From the NCBI GenBank assembly GCA_964618895.1, contig CAZUDO010000100.1, forward strand, positions 1,044 to 65,043: 64,000 bases of DNA, given 5' to 3'. Below, in pieces: positions 46,074 to 55,984 of this stretch. The position numbers and the translations under genes were made by a program. A model generated the notes under the pieces. The model made no database searches. It saw only the letters and a list, made by a program, of their open reading frames with translations, and was not told the origin of the DNA. Source of the DNA: an uncultured Candidatus Binatia bacterium (GTDB taxonomy: Bacteria; Desulfobacterota; Binatia; DP-6). Position 1 is the first letter of the stretch. The number at the start of each line of letters is the position of its first letter.

Positions 46074-47306
46074 CTACGCCGGGTCCGCCGGGACCCGCGG
46101 GTACCCGTCGGGCCGCACGTACCGCGCCTCGCGCCCGGGTGGCACCGGCACGCGCTCGCGCTGTTTCTTGGTCAGCCGGATGAGCACCTTGAGGGAGTTC
46201 TCGAACTCGTCCATGGAGCGTACCTCGAGCAGCCCGCGCCGCACCATGTCGTCGAACATCGCCTCGCCCTTCGCCGTGCGGAGCACCGTGATGGTCCAGT
46301 CCGTCGACGCCACCCCGCCGCACGAGATGTCCGCCAGCTCGGCCGAGAAGTCGCCGCAGTGGTGGCACTCCGGACGGGCGTACTCCTGCGCCTGGCGGAG
46401 CTTCATCTCCACCACCTCGCCGTCCTTCTTGTAGATGAGCACCTTGCCCTTGACGTTGAACTTCTTCACCTCGGTGAGCGGGATGCCCATGTCGCGCTCG
46501 ATCTTGTCGACCATGAGGCCCTCGTAGGTGAATACCTCGGTACACAGGAGCCCGACGGTGAACGACACCAGGTCCCCGAACCCCTTCAAGAACTTCGTCT
46601 GCCGCTCGATGTGCTTGTCCTTCTTGCGGCCGTTGTCCAGGTACGACGCATCGGCGAGCTGGATCTTGCGCGTGGGCGTGATCTGGCACGGCACGCCGAC
46701 GAAGCACACCTGCTTGAGACCGAGGCGCGCGGCGTCGGCCAGGGCCAGGTTGTTCGGACAATAGGTGTACCACGAGCTGGCACTCGCGATCGCATCGGCG
46801 ACGGTGGTGACCACACGCGGCTTGGGCGCGGCCGGCATGGACGCGTCGGCGGCCGATACGATCGCCCCGTCGAAGGTGCCCTGCCGCAGGCCGTGGCACA
46901 GGATGGCGGTCACGACGCCACCGTCCTGGCAGCGGGACAGGATTTCCGGATCCTTCGTACGTGCGGCGACGATCCGCCGGTAGCGGCCAAAAGCGCCCTC
47001 GTACACCCCCGCCTCGAGGGGCACCACCCGGTCGCGCATGTCGAACTCACGGATGCCGATCCGCGGGCACGCCTGGGCGCACACGTCGCACCCGATGCCC
47101 TCGCTGATGCCGCAGAAGTCGAACGCCGCGGTCGCCTTGGCGACCTGCTTCGGCTTGCCGTCGATGTAGTCGATCACGTTGTGCGGGCAGACGAGCACGC
47201 ACGCGCCGCACTCGCAGCAGCTCCCGAAGTCGACCACCTCGTTCATCATCTGCTTGAACGAGGGGTGGGCGTAGCTCGGATGATCCATCCACGCGGGAGG
47301 CGGCAT
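46074..47306 (-). CDS. FrhB/FdhB-family Fe-S flavoprotein (coenzyme F420 hydrogenase/dehydrogenase beta-subunit-like) with an N-terminal 2x[4Fe-4S] ferredoxin motif
   Basis: CCECGACVLVCP and CDVCAQACP cluster motifs. Central and C-terminal FrhB_FdhB-like region (GVPCQI..., ECHHCGDFSAELADISCGG). Confidence 0.75.
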   Translation of the reverse strand: MPPPAWMDHPSYAHPSFKQMMNEVVDFGSCCECGACVLVCPHNVIDYIDGKPKQVAKATAAFDFCGISEGIGCDVCAQACPRIGIREFDMRDRVVPLEAGVYEGAFGRYRRIVAARTKDPEILSRCQDGGVVTAILCHGLRQGTFDGAIVSAADASMPAAPKPRVVTTVADAIASASSWYTYCPNNLALADAARLGLKQVCFVGVPCQITPTRKIQLADASYLDNGRKKDKHIERQTKFLKGFGDLVSFTVGLLCTEVFTYEGLMVDKIERDMGIPLTEVKKFNVKGKVLIYKKDGEVVEMKLRQAQEYARPECHHCGDFSAELADISCGGVASTDWTITVLRTAKGEAMFDDMVRRGLLEVRSMDEFENSLKVLIRLTKKQRERVPVPPGREARYVRPDGYPRVPADPA

Positions 47307-47578
47307 GTCGGCCGCGACATTAGCCGTGCCCGTTTCGGAGTGTCAAATTGGGTCATGGCCTTCGCCATGCGCATCGCGCGCCGGACGACGGGGAGCGCTC
47401 CGCGGAGCCTTCGCGGTGGCGCTTGTGGATCGCGTGCTCTGCCACGCGCTCACCGGCAAGCCGACCAGCGCCCGCGAGCGCTTCCTGGGGAGCCACATGC
47501 CGCAGGTGTTTCGCCGCCGGCGTCCCCATCCGGCACTGGCGCCGGTGCCGAGCCGGGCCGCCTGACCTCAGGGCGCCT

Positions 47579-48898
47579 TCACCGGGCCTCGGTTCGGTAG
47601 CGGCGCAGCTCGGGCAGGCGCGCCGCCACCACCGCCAGCACCAGTAGGCAGCCGACCCCCCCGCTCACGACCGAGAACGTCGCACTGGTAAGTGCCGCGA
47701 CGAACCCCGACTCGGCCGCCCCGAGCTGGTTCGAAGCACCAATGAAAATCATGTTGACGCCGCTCACCCGCCCCCGCAGCCTGTCGGGCGTGGACAGCTG
47801 GATGGCCGTGCTGCGCATGACGACGCTGATCTGATCCGCCATGCCGACGAGCATGTACGCCATGACGGACAACGGAAAACTGCGCGACAGGCCGAAGACG
47901 ATGGTCGCCATCCCGTAGACGGCCACCCCGACCAGCAACGCCCATCCGGCGCGCCGGATGGGCGGCAGCACCATCAGGGCGAGCGAGGTGAGCAGCGCCC
48001 CCAGATCGAGCGCCGCGGCGAGGAGCCCGTAGCCACGCGGGCCGACGGCGAGGATCTCGGTCGCATACACCGGCAGCAGCGCGGTTGCGCCGCCGAAGAT
48101 GACCGCGAACATGTCGAGCGTCATGCAGCCGAGCACCACCGGCTGCCGGCGCACGAAGCCGAGGCCCTCGCGGATGGCGCGCAGGCTGACGCCGCCAGTG
48201 CCGGGGCCGCGACTGCGTGTCCGGAGCGCGGCGAGCGCGGCCAGGGCGCCGGCGATCAGCCAGGCTTGCACGACGTACACACGCTCCACGCCCCCGACCG
48301 CGATCACCCAGCCACAGACCGCGGGGCCGGTGGCGAACGACAGCGCCTGCACCGTCGAGGCGATCGTCACCGCCCGCGGAAAGCTCTCGCGCGGGACGAG
48401 CGTCGGCAGCAGTGCCGACCGCGACGGGCTGTCGAACGCCCACGCCACTGCCCCGACCACGACGGCGCCGTACAGCAGGGGCAGGCTCACCGCGTCGTGC
48501 CGGGTGGCGAGAAACAGCACCACCGACGTGCCGAGCGGCAGGAGCTGCGCCAGCATCATGATCCGGCGGCGGTCGTGGGTGTCGGCGAGCGCCCCCCCGA
48601 CGAGCATCAGGCACAGCACCGGCACGAACTGAACGAACCCGATCAACCCCAGATGAAACGGGGAGTGCGACAGGGCGTAGACGTGCCAGGCGATGCCGGC
48701 GCGCAGCATCGTCATCGCCGTCGCCGAGCAGAGCCGGCTGACGAGGTAGAGCCAGAAGTCGCGTGAGAACCCCACGACGCGGACCCGATACCTGCCGCAC
48801 CGCCGGGGGGCAAACGATCCGCTCACCGACGACGGCTCCACCGACGACGGCTTGACGGGCGCCGCCCCGCGCGGGTACGTGCCCCCTCGCCTCCCCAT
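47579..48898 (-). CDS. MFS transporter
   Basis: 12-TM-like hydropathy. MFS motif regions (GALADTHDRRR). Start (ATG 48898) inferred from TM1 position. Confidence 0.8.
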   Translation of the reverse strand: MGRRGGTYPRGAAPVKPSSVEPSSVSGSFAPRRCGRYRVRVVGFSRDFWLYLVSRLCSATAMTMLRAGIAWHVYALSHSPFHLGLIGFVQFVPVLCLMLVGGALADTHDRRRIMMLAQLLPLGTSVVLFLATRHDAVSLPLLYGAVVVGAVAWAFDSPSRSALLPTLVPRESFPRAVTIASTVQALSFATGPAVCGWVIAVGGVERVYVVQAWLIAGALAALAALRTRSRGPGTGGVSLRAIREGLGFVRRQPVVLGCMTLDMFAVIFGGATALLPVYATEILAVGPRGYGLLAAALDLGALLTSLALMVLPPIRRAGWALLVGVAVYGMATIVFGLSRSFPLSVMAYMLVGMADQISVVMRSTAIQLSTPDRLRGRVSGVNMIFIGASNQLGAAESGFVAALTSATFSVVSGGVGCLLVLAVVAARLPELRRYRTEAR

Positions 48899-50423
48899 GG
48901 ACCACCCGCCGTCGAGTTCCGTCTGGCGCGACATCATCGCCGGTTCCCTCGTCGCCCTCGCGCTGGTCTCGTTCCACCTCGCGTCGTACGGCGACGGGCT
49001 GCACACGTTCTTCTACTTGGACGACTTCTGGGTCATGGAGATGGCCAGTCGCGTACACATCCGCTGGCCGTGGGACGTGGTGCAGCTGTTCGTCCCCAGC
49101 CACCTGGGCTTCCTGCTCTACCGCCCGCTGTCGACCGTCACGTACTTTTTCGCGCTCCGTGAGACGGTCGGCTACGTACCGACGGGCTACCACGCCGTCC
49201 AGCTCGGCTTTCACGTCGTGAACGCCGTCCTGGTCTACGCCCTGGCGCGGCGCCTCACGCTGCCGCGCGGCGCTGCCGCGGCCACCAGCCTGATCTACGC
49301 CGCCGCGCCGGGACACGCGCTCGCCACCCGCTGGGTGGCGCTGTTCACGGTGACCGGCACCGCGTGTCTCTACTTCCTCACGCTCCGGGTCTGGCTGCAG
49401 CGCGGATGGCGCTGGCGCGTTCCGGTCACCTGGGGGCTGTGCGTGCTGGCGGTCCTGGCGAGCGAGCTGGCGGTGACGCTTCCGGTCGCGCTGCTGCTCA
49501 CCGACGTGCTGCTCGACGGCGAGCGCGACCTATGGGCCCTGGCGCGGCGCCACATACCCATCCTGCTCCCGATCGTCGCCTACGTGGCGGTGAAGGCGTA
49601 CCTGTTTCAGTACCTGCTTCCCGGCTCCCCGCGGCGCGCCGGCTTCGAGGGGTCGCTCCAGGCCGCGTACGGCATCACGCTCGACCCGACGGCCATCGTG
49701 CGCCACCTGGGCCACTACCTCGGCTGGTCCGTGCCGTTCGCCTACGGCGTCAACCTCCCGGCCCTGGTGACCGCGGTCCCCGCGCAACAGGCCTGGGCGC
49801 TCCGGCTGGGGTACCTCGTCCTCGCCCTCACCGCCACGACCACCGGCTGGGCGTGGCTTCGCCCGCGCGCCCACCCCACCCTGCGCCTGGCGGCCTTCGG
49901 CCTCGCCCTGTTCGTACTGACACTGGCGCCGGTGATCGTCCTGCGTGACCACCTGTTCTCGTTCTACGTGAGCGTAGCGGCCTTCGGCCTGGCGCTCGCC
50001 CTGGTCACCGGCGTACGCGCCCTGCCGTGGATCGGCGACGCGGCGCCGCTCCTGCTCGCAGCCGCCGTACTCGTGACGCATGCCCGCTGGACGATGACGG
50101 CCGTCCGGACGGAGCGACTGGCGAGCATGTACCAGGCGTACTCGGAAGAAGCCGTGCAGTGGCTGTGGGCCATCCAGCTGGCGACGGCGGACGCGGCCGT
50201 TGACGAGGTAGTCGTGCCCCGCACCGGCGTAACGGTCAACATGTTCGAGCGCTCCGAGGCGCATCGGCTCTTTCTCTGCGGCCGCTACCGCGTCCGCATC
50301 AGCGACGACCTCGACGGTGAGCCCCGCCCGCCGGGCACCATCGTCCTGCCGCGACCGACACGGGTACCGGACGACACACGCCGGTCGTGGGCGTGGCTCC
50401 GGCAGGCATGCGCCGCCGCATGA
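48897..50423 (+). CDS. Polytopic membrane protein, possible GT-C-fold glycosyltransferase (weak functional inference)
   Basis: More than 10 predicted TM helices. Aromatic-rich N-terminal loop (FFYLDDFWVMEMASR). Adjacent to a methyltransferase/GT2 locus. The ATG at 48897 overlaps the divergent MFS start. Confidence 0.6.
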   Translation: MDHPPSSSVWRDIIAGSLVALALVSFHLASYGDGLHTFFYLDDFWVMEMASRVHIRWPWDVVQLFVPSHLGFLLYRPLSTVTYFFALRETVGYVPTGYHAVQLGFHVVNAVLVYALARRLTLPRGAAAATSLIYAAAPGHALATRWVALFTVTGTACLYFLTLRVWLQRGWRWRVPVTWGLCVLAVLASELAVTLPVALLLTDVLLDGERDLWALARRHIPILLPIVAYVAVKAYLFQYLLPGSPRRAGFEGSLQAAYGITLDPTAIVRHLGHYLGWSVPFAYGVNLPALVTAVPAQQAWALRLGYLVLALTATTTGWAWLRPRAHPTLRLAAFGLALFVLTLAPVIVLRDHLFSFYVSVAAFGLALALVTGVRALPWIGDAAPLLLAAAVLVTHARWTMTAVRTERLASMYQAYSEEAVQWLWAIQLATADAAVDEVVVPRTGVTVNMFERSEAHRLFLCGRYRVRISDDLDGEPRPPGTIVLPRPTRVPDDTRRSWAWLRQACAAA

Positions 50424-52237
50424 CGGCACGCCGTCTCGCCGGCGCGGCCCTCGTGCTGGTGGTCGCCCTGGCCATCGCCCCACTCGGCCGCCGTACCCTC
50501 TTCGATTCCTTCACCGCCTACGACGACGAGGGGATCGTGCTGCTCACGTTGCGCGGCTACGCCCACGGGGCCCGCCTCTACGACGACCTGCACGCTCAGT
50601 ACGGGCCGGCGTACTACCAGCTGCTGCACGCAGCCGGCGACCTGCTCGCCCTGCCCTACACCCACACCGGAAGCCGGTGGGGCACGCTCGTCCTCTGGCT
50701 CGCGACGGCGACCCTGTGTGCGGGCATGATCCTGCACGCGACCGGCTGCCTCACCCTGGCCCTCTGTGTCGAGCTGGTGGTTTTCGGCGGCCTGGCCGGC
50801 TATCCGAACGAGCCGCTTCATCCCGGGCATCTGCTGAGCGTCCTGCTCGCGGTGGTGGCCTGGGTCGGCATCATGCTCCCGATCCGCATGGGCCCGGCCG
50901 GATACGCGATCCTCGGTCTCCTGGCCGGGACGGCGTGCGTGATGAAGATCAACGTCGGCGTGTTTCTCGGCATCGCCCTCGGCTTCGTCGTGCTCGTCCG
51001 GGTGCCCACGGCGCGCACGCATGGCCTCGTACGCGGCGCGCTCGCCACCGCATTCGCCGCCGTGGCCCTGCTGCTCATGGCACGCGCGCTCGGCGCACCG
51101 TGGGTGTGGCGCTATGCCATCCATGTATCCGCCGGCTCCCTGGCGGTGGCGATCGCGATCGCCGCGCAGGAGCCGACGGGGCCGCCGGTCCGGGGCCGCG
51201 ATCTGGGGTGGATCGTGGCCGGCTTCGTCGCCACCATCGCCCTGTCCGCCGCGGTCGCGCTCCGGGACGGCACCACCCCCGGCAGCCTCCTGGACGGCGC
51301 TCTCCTGGCCGCCATCCGGCTCCCGGCGGGCATCATCGGTCCCCTCCTTCTGCCCACCGGGGCGCTCGTGGTCGGACTGCTGTCCCTGCTCGTCGCCGCC
51401 CGGACCGCACTGGCTCCGCCCGGCGATCTGCCCCTCGCCGTGGGCCGCCTCATCGCCGGCGTCGCCATGCTCGCGCTGGGCGTCGGGCGCTCCGCGCTCG
51501 CGTTTGCGCTTCCGCTCGCCTGGGTCGCCGTCGTCCCGGGACGCACGCCCACGCGCCATGCCTCCGCGGGCGTGCTCCTGGCGGCCACGGCCTGCCTGCA
51601 GACCCTACATGCGTATCCCGTGGCCGGCAGTCAGCTCGGCTGGGGGACGTTCCTGCTCCCGTGCCTCGGCGCCCTGTGCGTGCATCGCGGGTGGGAGGAG
51701 CTGGCGCCGTGGCGCACGGCCCGCGGGTGGTCCAGAGCGTTCGGGCACGTCGCCGGCGGCACGCTGGCGGCCACCGCCTTGTGCACGCTGTTACTACAGT
51801 GGCGCGCGCGCGTCGACACGCACGCACGACTCGTCCCGCTCGGCTTCCCCGGCGCGGAACGTGTTCATGCCGCCCGTTCGCTGGCGGGAACCTACCAGTG
51901 GCTCGCCGCCCGCGTGCGCGAGCAGTGCGGCACGTTCATCGCCATCCCGGGACTGAGCAGCCTCTACCTGTTCACCGAGCGCGCCCCGCCGACAGGTGTC
52001 AACGCAGGCGTGTGGACGCTCTTCCTGGAGCCGGAGCGGCAGGCCGCCGTGGTGGAGACGCTGATGCGGACACCGGACCTGTGCGCCATCCGTAACCGCC
52101 TTCTCCTGCTCTCCTGGACCCGCAACCCGATGCCGGACGGCCCGCTATGGCGCTACCTCGACACCCACTTCCATACCGTCGACGTGCGCGCCGGCTATGA
52201 ACTCATGGTGCCGAATGCAGCCGCGCCTGCACCATGA
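50408..52237 (+). CDS. Polytopic membrane protein with a C-terminal soluble domain (function unknown, possibly glycosylation-related)
   Basis: Long hydrophobic N-terminal two-thirds. Soluble tail LFTERAPPTGVNAGVWTLFLEPERQAAVVETLM... Start choice uncertain. Confidence 0.6.
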   Translation: MRRRMTARRLAGAALVLVVALAIAPLGRRTLFDSFTAYDDEGIVLLTLRGYAHGARLYDDLHAQYGPAYYQLLHAAGDLLALPYTHTGSRWGTLVLWLATATLCAGMILHATGCLTLALCVELVVFGGLAGYPNEPLHPGHLLSVLLAVVAWVGIMLPIRMGPAGYAILGLLAGTACVMKINVGVFLGIALGFVVLVRVPTARTHGLVRGALATAFAAVALLLMARALGAPWVWRYAIHVSAGSLAVAIAIAAQEPTGPPVRGRDLGWIVAGFVATIALSAAVALRDGTTPGSLLDGALLAAIRLPAGIIGPLLLPTGALVVGLLSLLVAARTALAPPGDLPLAVGRLIAGVAMLALGVGRSALAFALPLAWVAVVPGRTPTRHASAGVLLAATACLQTLHAYPVAGSQLGWGTFLLPCLGALCVHRGWEELAPWRTARGWSRAFGHVAGGTLAATALCTLLLQWRARVDTHARLVPLGFPGAERVHAARSLAGTYQWLAARVREQCGTFIAIPGLSSLYLFTERAPPTGVNAGVWTLFLEPERQAAVVETLMRTPDLCAIRNRLLLLSWTRNPMPDGPLWRYLDTHFHTVDVRAGYELMVPNAAAPAP

Positions 52238-53219
52238 CCGCCGCCCCTCGGCCCGCCGCGCTCTCGCACCACGCGAGCGGCATGGCCGCCAGCGTGAGCG
52301 CGAGGTAGGCCAGGTCGGCCGCCCAGGCCACCGCGCCCCCCTGCACCTCGCCCCGCACGGCGCGCCCGGGGGGGTAGAGCCCCGGCGCCACGCTGTTGGC
52401 GAGCGCGATCGGATTGTCGCGCAGCGAGAAGTGGCTCTCGCCCACGATCAGGAACCCGTTACGCTCGAGCGTCGCCCGCAGCGTCGTCGCCGAATAGTCG
52501 ACGACGTGCCGCGGCACGTCCAGCCCCCCCCACCGGGGGCCAAAGGCGCGCGCCTGCCAGCTGTCAACGTTCGGCACCTGCACGATCAGATCGCCGTCGG
52601 GCGCGAGCAGTCGCCCGACAGCCGCCAGAAAGGGCGCCGGAGAGGTCACGTGCTCGAGCACGTGGAACAGCGTGATCACGGAGAAGACCCCGTCGGCAAA
52701 GGGCGCCCGCGACACATCCGCGCACAGCACGTCGTGTCCGTCGGCACGGGCGGCGCGGAGCGCATCTGGGGAGGCGTCGAGGCCGATCGCGGGATGGATG
52801 CCACACCCGCCGAGAATCGAGCCATCGCCGCAGCCAATGTCGAGCAGGCGCACGGGCCGCCCGCGCGTACGCTGGGCGTCGACCACACGCGTGACGAAGC
52901 GCACCTGGTCGCGGAGCACGAGCCGGCGATACACCTCGCGCAAACGCATGCGCAGCCCGGCGGCCTCCGTCCGCGCCTGCGCTGCGCCCCAATAGCCGTC
53001 GGGGTAGTCGACGGCGCGGCGGCTCTCGGGCGGCGGCGGCCACAGATAGAGCACGTCGCACGCGCCGCACCGGCGCAGCTGGAACGGGTCCGCCGTGGTG
53101 CGAAACAGGCGGTCGTACACGGTCCAGCAGTGCGCCCCCGTTCCGCCACCGCACGCCGGGCAGCGCACGTCGCCAACCGTCACCTCCGTCGCCGCCACGC
53201 GGGCCCAGCTACCCACCAC
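52203..53219 (-). CDS. Class I SAM-dependent methyltransferase with an N-terminal zinc ribbon
   Basis: CPACGG...CGAC zinc ribbon. Motif I VRLLDIGCGDGSIL. Motif post-I/II FSVITLFHVLEHV. Confidence 0.8.
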   Translation of the reverse strand: MVGSWARVAATEVTVGDVRCPACGGGTGAHCWTVYDRLFRTTADPFQLRRCGACDVLYLWPPPPESRRAVDYPDGYWGAAQARTEAAGLRMRLREVYRRLVLRDQVRFVTRVVDAQRTRGRPVRLLDIGCGDGSILGGCGIHPAIGLDASPDALRAARADGHDVLCADVSRAPFADGVFSVITLFHVLEHVTSPAPFLAAVGRLLAPDGDLIVQVPNVDSWQARAFGPRWGGLDVPRHVVDYSATTLRATLERNGFLIVGESHFSLRDNPIALANSVAPGLYPPGRAVRGEVQGGAVAWAADLAYLALTLAAMPLAWCESAAGRGAAVMVQARLHSAP

Positions 53220-53284
53220 GCCCCGACGCCGTCAATCGCGCACCCTTGCAATGGGCCTCCCCGACTCACTACTAGCGGGAGCCC

Positions 53285-54313
53285 ATGTCGCCGCCGCCGC
53301 TCGTGTCCGCCGTGGTCGTCAATCTGGACGGCGGCCCCATGCTGGGGGAATGCCTCGAGTCCCTCGTCGCCCAGACCTACCCCGCGCTCGAGATCATCGT
53401 GGTCGACAACGGCTCGACCGACGGGGCGCTCGACGCACTCCTCCCGCGCTACGGCGAGCGCGTGCGCATCATCCGCAACCCGCGCAACGAGGGCTTCGCG
53501 CGCGGCAACAACCAGGCGTTCGCCGTGGCACGCGGCGAGTGGCTGTTCCTGCTCAACAACGACGCCGTCGCGGCCCCGGACGCGATCGCGGAGCTGATGG
53601 CGTTCGTCGCCGGGCGGCCCGAGGTCGGCATGCTCGCCTGCCGCGTGCTGCAGTACGATCGGCCCAACGTCTTCGATTCGGTCGGGCTCCTCTTCTATCC
53701 CGACGGCGTCTGCCGCTCCCGCGGCTGGGAGGAGAAGGACCTCGGACAGTACGACCGCGCCGAGGAGGTCATCGCCCCGCACGGCTGCGCCGCCGCGTAC
53801 CGCAAGACGATGCTCGACCTGACCGGCGGCTTCGACGAGCGCTACTTCGCCTACCTGGAGGACCTGGACCTCGGCATGCGTGGCCAGCTGTGCGGCTGGC
53901 GTGCCTGGTACGTACCCACCGCCACCATCCGCCACCGGAAGTCGACCACGTTCGGCAACTACTCCAAGTTCAAGGCCTACCACGTCGAGCGCAACCGCAT
54001 CTGGAATGCGGTCAAGCTGCTGCCGCGTTTCCTGCTGCTCATGAGCCCGTTCTTCACCGTGAACCGCTATCTCCTGCAGGGCTATGCCGCCGCGACCAGG
54101 CGTGGCGCGTCGGGGGATTTCGTGAAGGAGTACTCCTACCCCGCACTGGCGTGGATTCTGACCCGCGCCTACGCGGGCGCCCTTCGCCGGCTGCCGGAGA
54201 TGCTCGCCAAGCGACGAGCACTGGCTCGCAGTCGCACGCTGTCGACGGAGGAGTGGTACCAGCTCATCAGCCGCTTCAAGCTCGACGCCATCGAGCTGGC
54301 CCTCAAGCACTGA
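53285..54313 (+). CDS. Family 2 glycosyltransferase
   Basis: VSAVVVNLDGGPML...EIIVVDNGSTDG...LLNNDAV (DxD region)...YLEDLDLGMR. Confidence 0.85.
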   Translation: MSPPPLVSAVVVNLDGGPMLGECLESLVAQTYPALEIIVVDNGSTDGALDALLPRYGERVRIIRNPRNEGFARGNNQAFAVARGEWLFLLNNDAVAAPDAIAELMAFVAGRPEVGMLACRVLQYDRPNVFDSVGLLFYPDGVCRSRGWEEKDLGQYDRAEEVIAPHGCAAAYRKTMLDLTGGFDERYFAYLEDLDLGMRGQLCGWRAWYVPTATIRHRKSTTFGNYSKFKAYHVERNRIWNAVKLLPRFLLLMSPFFTVNRYLLQGYAAATRRGASGDFVKEYSYPALAWILTRAYAGALRRLPEMLAKRRALARSRTLSTEEWYQLISRFKLDAIELALKH

Positions 54314-54328
54314 GACGCGGTCGGCCCG

Positions 54329-55381
54329 CTACACGTTGAACCGGAAGTGGGCGATGTCGCCGTCCTGGACGACGTAGTCCTTGCCCTCGAGGCGGAGCTT
54401 GCCGGCCTCGCGGGCCTTGGCCTCGCTGCCGAGGCGGATGAAGTCGTCGTACGCGATCACCTCGGCGCGGATGAACCCGCGCTCGATGTCGCTGTGGATC
54501 TTGCCCGCCGCCTTGACGGCGGTCGTGCCGCGGCGGATGGGCCAGGCGCGGCACTCGTCCTCGCCGGCGGTGAGGAAGCTGATCAGGTCGAGGAGCGCGT
54601 AGCTGGCGCGCAGGAAGCGATCGCGGGCGCTCTCGGCCAGACCGAGATCGGCCAGGAAGGCAGCGCGGTCGGCGGCCTCCAGCTGAGCGACTTCCATCTC
54701 CACCTGCGCCGACAGGACGAGCGCCTCGCCGCCGGCGGCGTGCGCCTGGCGCACGATGTCGTCCGGCACCGGGGCGGCGACCTCACCTTCGGGCACGTTG
54801 AGCACGACCAGCAGCGGCCGGAGCGACAGCAGGGCGAACCCGGCCAGCAGCGTGCGCTCGTCGGCGCCGAGCCCGAGGAGGCGGAGCGGCGTGCCCCCTT
54901 CCAGCTCGGGCATGATCTTGTCGAGGAGCGCGCGCTCGCGCTCGTGCCCCTTTTCCTTCTTGAGGCGCTCGACGCGCTTTTCCAGTACGGCCAGATCCGC
55001 CAGCACCAGCTCGGCGCCGAAGGCGTCCAGGTCGGCCGCGGGGGTGGGCGGCTCGCCGGCCAGGTCGGGAAACGCGCGCACCACCAGGACGAGCGCATCC
55101 GCGTCGCGGAGCTGCGCCACCGTCTCGGCATCGAGCACGGCCCGCTGCCGCGCCGCCGTGCGCGGCGGCGGGAAGTCGACGAAGCTCACCTCGGCCAAGG
55201 TGACCTTCTTGGGCTTCCAGATGCCGGCGAGGGCATCGACGCGTGCGTCGGGGACCTTGATGACGCCGAGGTTTGGCTTGCCCTCGCTCGCCCCGGTGCC
55301 GGTGCGGGCGTGCAGGCCGGTGAGGGCGTTGAAGACCGCGGTCTTGCCGCTGCCCGGAAAACCGGTCAGCCCGATCTTCAC
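54329..55381 (-). CDS. ychF: Redox-regulated ATPase YchF (Obg-like) with a C-terminal TGS domain
   Basis: VKIGLTGFPGSGKTAVFNALTG (G1). NLGVIKVPDARVD...C-terminal IHSDIERGFIRAEVIAYDDFIRLGS. GTG start at 55381 overlaps the NUDIX stop (GTGA). Confidence 0.9.
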   Translation of the reverse strand: MKIGLTGFPGSGKTAVFNALTGLHARTGTGASEGKPNLGVIKVPDARVDALAGIWKPKKVTLAEVSFVDFPPPRTAARQRAVLDAETVAQLRDADALVLVVRAFPDLAGEPPTPAADLDAFGAELVLADLAVLEKRVERLKKEKGHERERALLDKIMPELEGGTPLRLLGLGADERTLLAGFALLSLRPLLVVLNVPEGEVAAPVPDDIVRQAHAAGGEALVLSAQVEMEVAQLEAADRAAFLADLGLAESARDRFLRASYALLDLISFLTAGEDECRAWPIRRGTTAVKAAGKIHSDIERGFIRAEVIAYDDFIRLGSEAKAREAGKLRLEGKDYVVQDGDIAHFRFNV

Positions 55382-55902
55382 AGCAGCACCTCGAGCGCCA
55401 CCGCGCCCAGGTGGAGGCCGACAATGGTCTTGCCGTCGACGATCGCGCCGTCGCGGACCATGGCCAGCGCCTCGCGATACGGCACGCGGCGAATGTCGGT
55501 GATGACCTCGTCCGGGTCGTGCGCATGGGCGGTCTCGTGCAGGCCCTGGGCCAGGAAAAGCCAGATGCGCTCGTCGCAGAAGCCCGGGCTGGTGAACATG
55601 CTGCCGAGCTCGCGCAGCCGGTCGGCAGTGACGCCGGCTTCCTCGCGCAGTTCGCGCGCGGCGCACGCGGCCGGCGACTCGGCGGGCGGGTGGAGTCCGC
55701 CCGCCGGCAGCTCCCAGAGATAGCCGCCCGCCGCATACCGGTACTGGCGGAGCAACACCACCCGCCCCTCGTCGTCCACCGCCACCGCCGCCGCGGCGCC
55801 CTTGTGGCGCATCAGCTCGAGGTCGATGGCGGTCCCGTTCGGCAAGGTGACGCGCTCGACGCGCAGGTCGACCACCCGGCCGGTGTAGATCTGCCCCACC
55901 AT
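55378..55902 (-). CDS. NUDIX hydrolase (ADP-ribose pyrophosphatase-like)
   Basis: Nudix box GGLHPPAESPAACAARELREEAGV (GX5EX7REUXEEXGU). Confidence 0.8.
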   Translation of the reverse strand: MVGQIYTGRVVDLRVERVTLPNGTAIDLELMRHKGAAAAVAVDDEGRVVLLRQYRYAAGGYLWELPAGGLHPPAESPAACAARELREEAGVTADRLRELGSMFTSPGFCDERIWLFLAQGLHETAHAHDPDEVITDIRRVPYREALAMVRDGAIVDGKTIVGLHLGAVALEVLL

Positions 55903-55984
55903 CGGACTCGTCTAGCGGCTCGGCGGGGGGAAGGAAAGCGCCGCGCCGGTTGCCGCCCCGCCGAGCGGCGTACTAAAGGACCCC

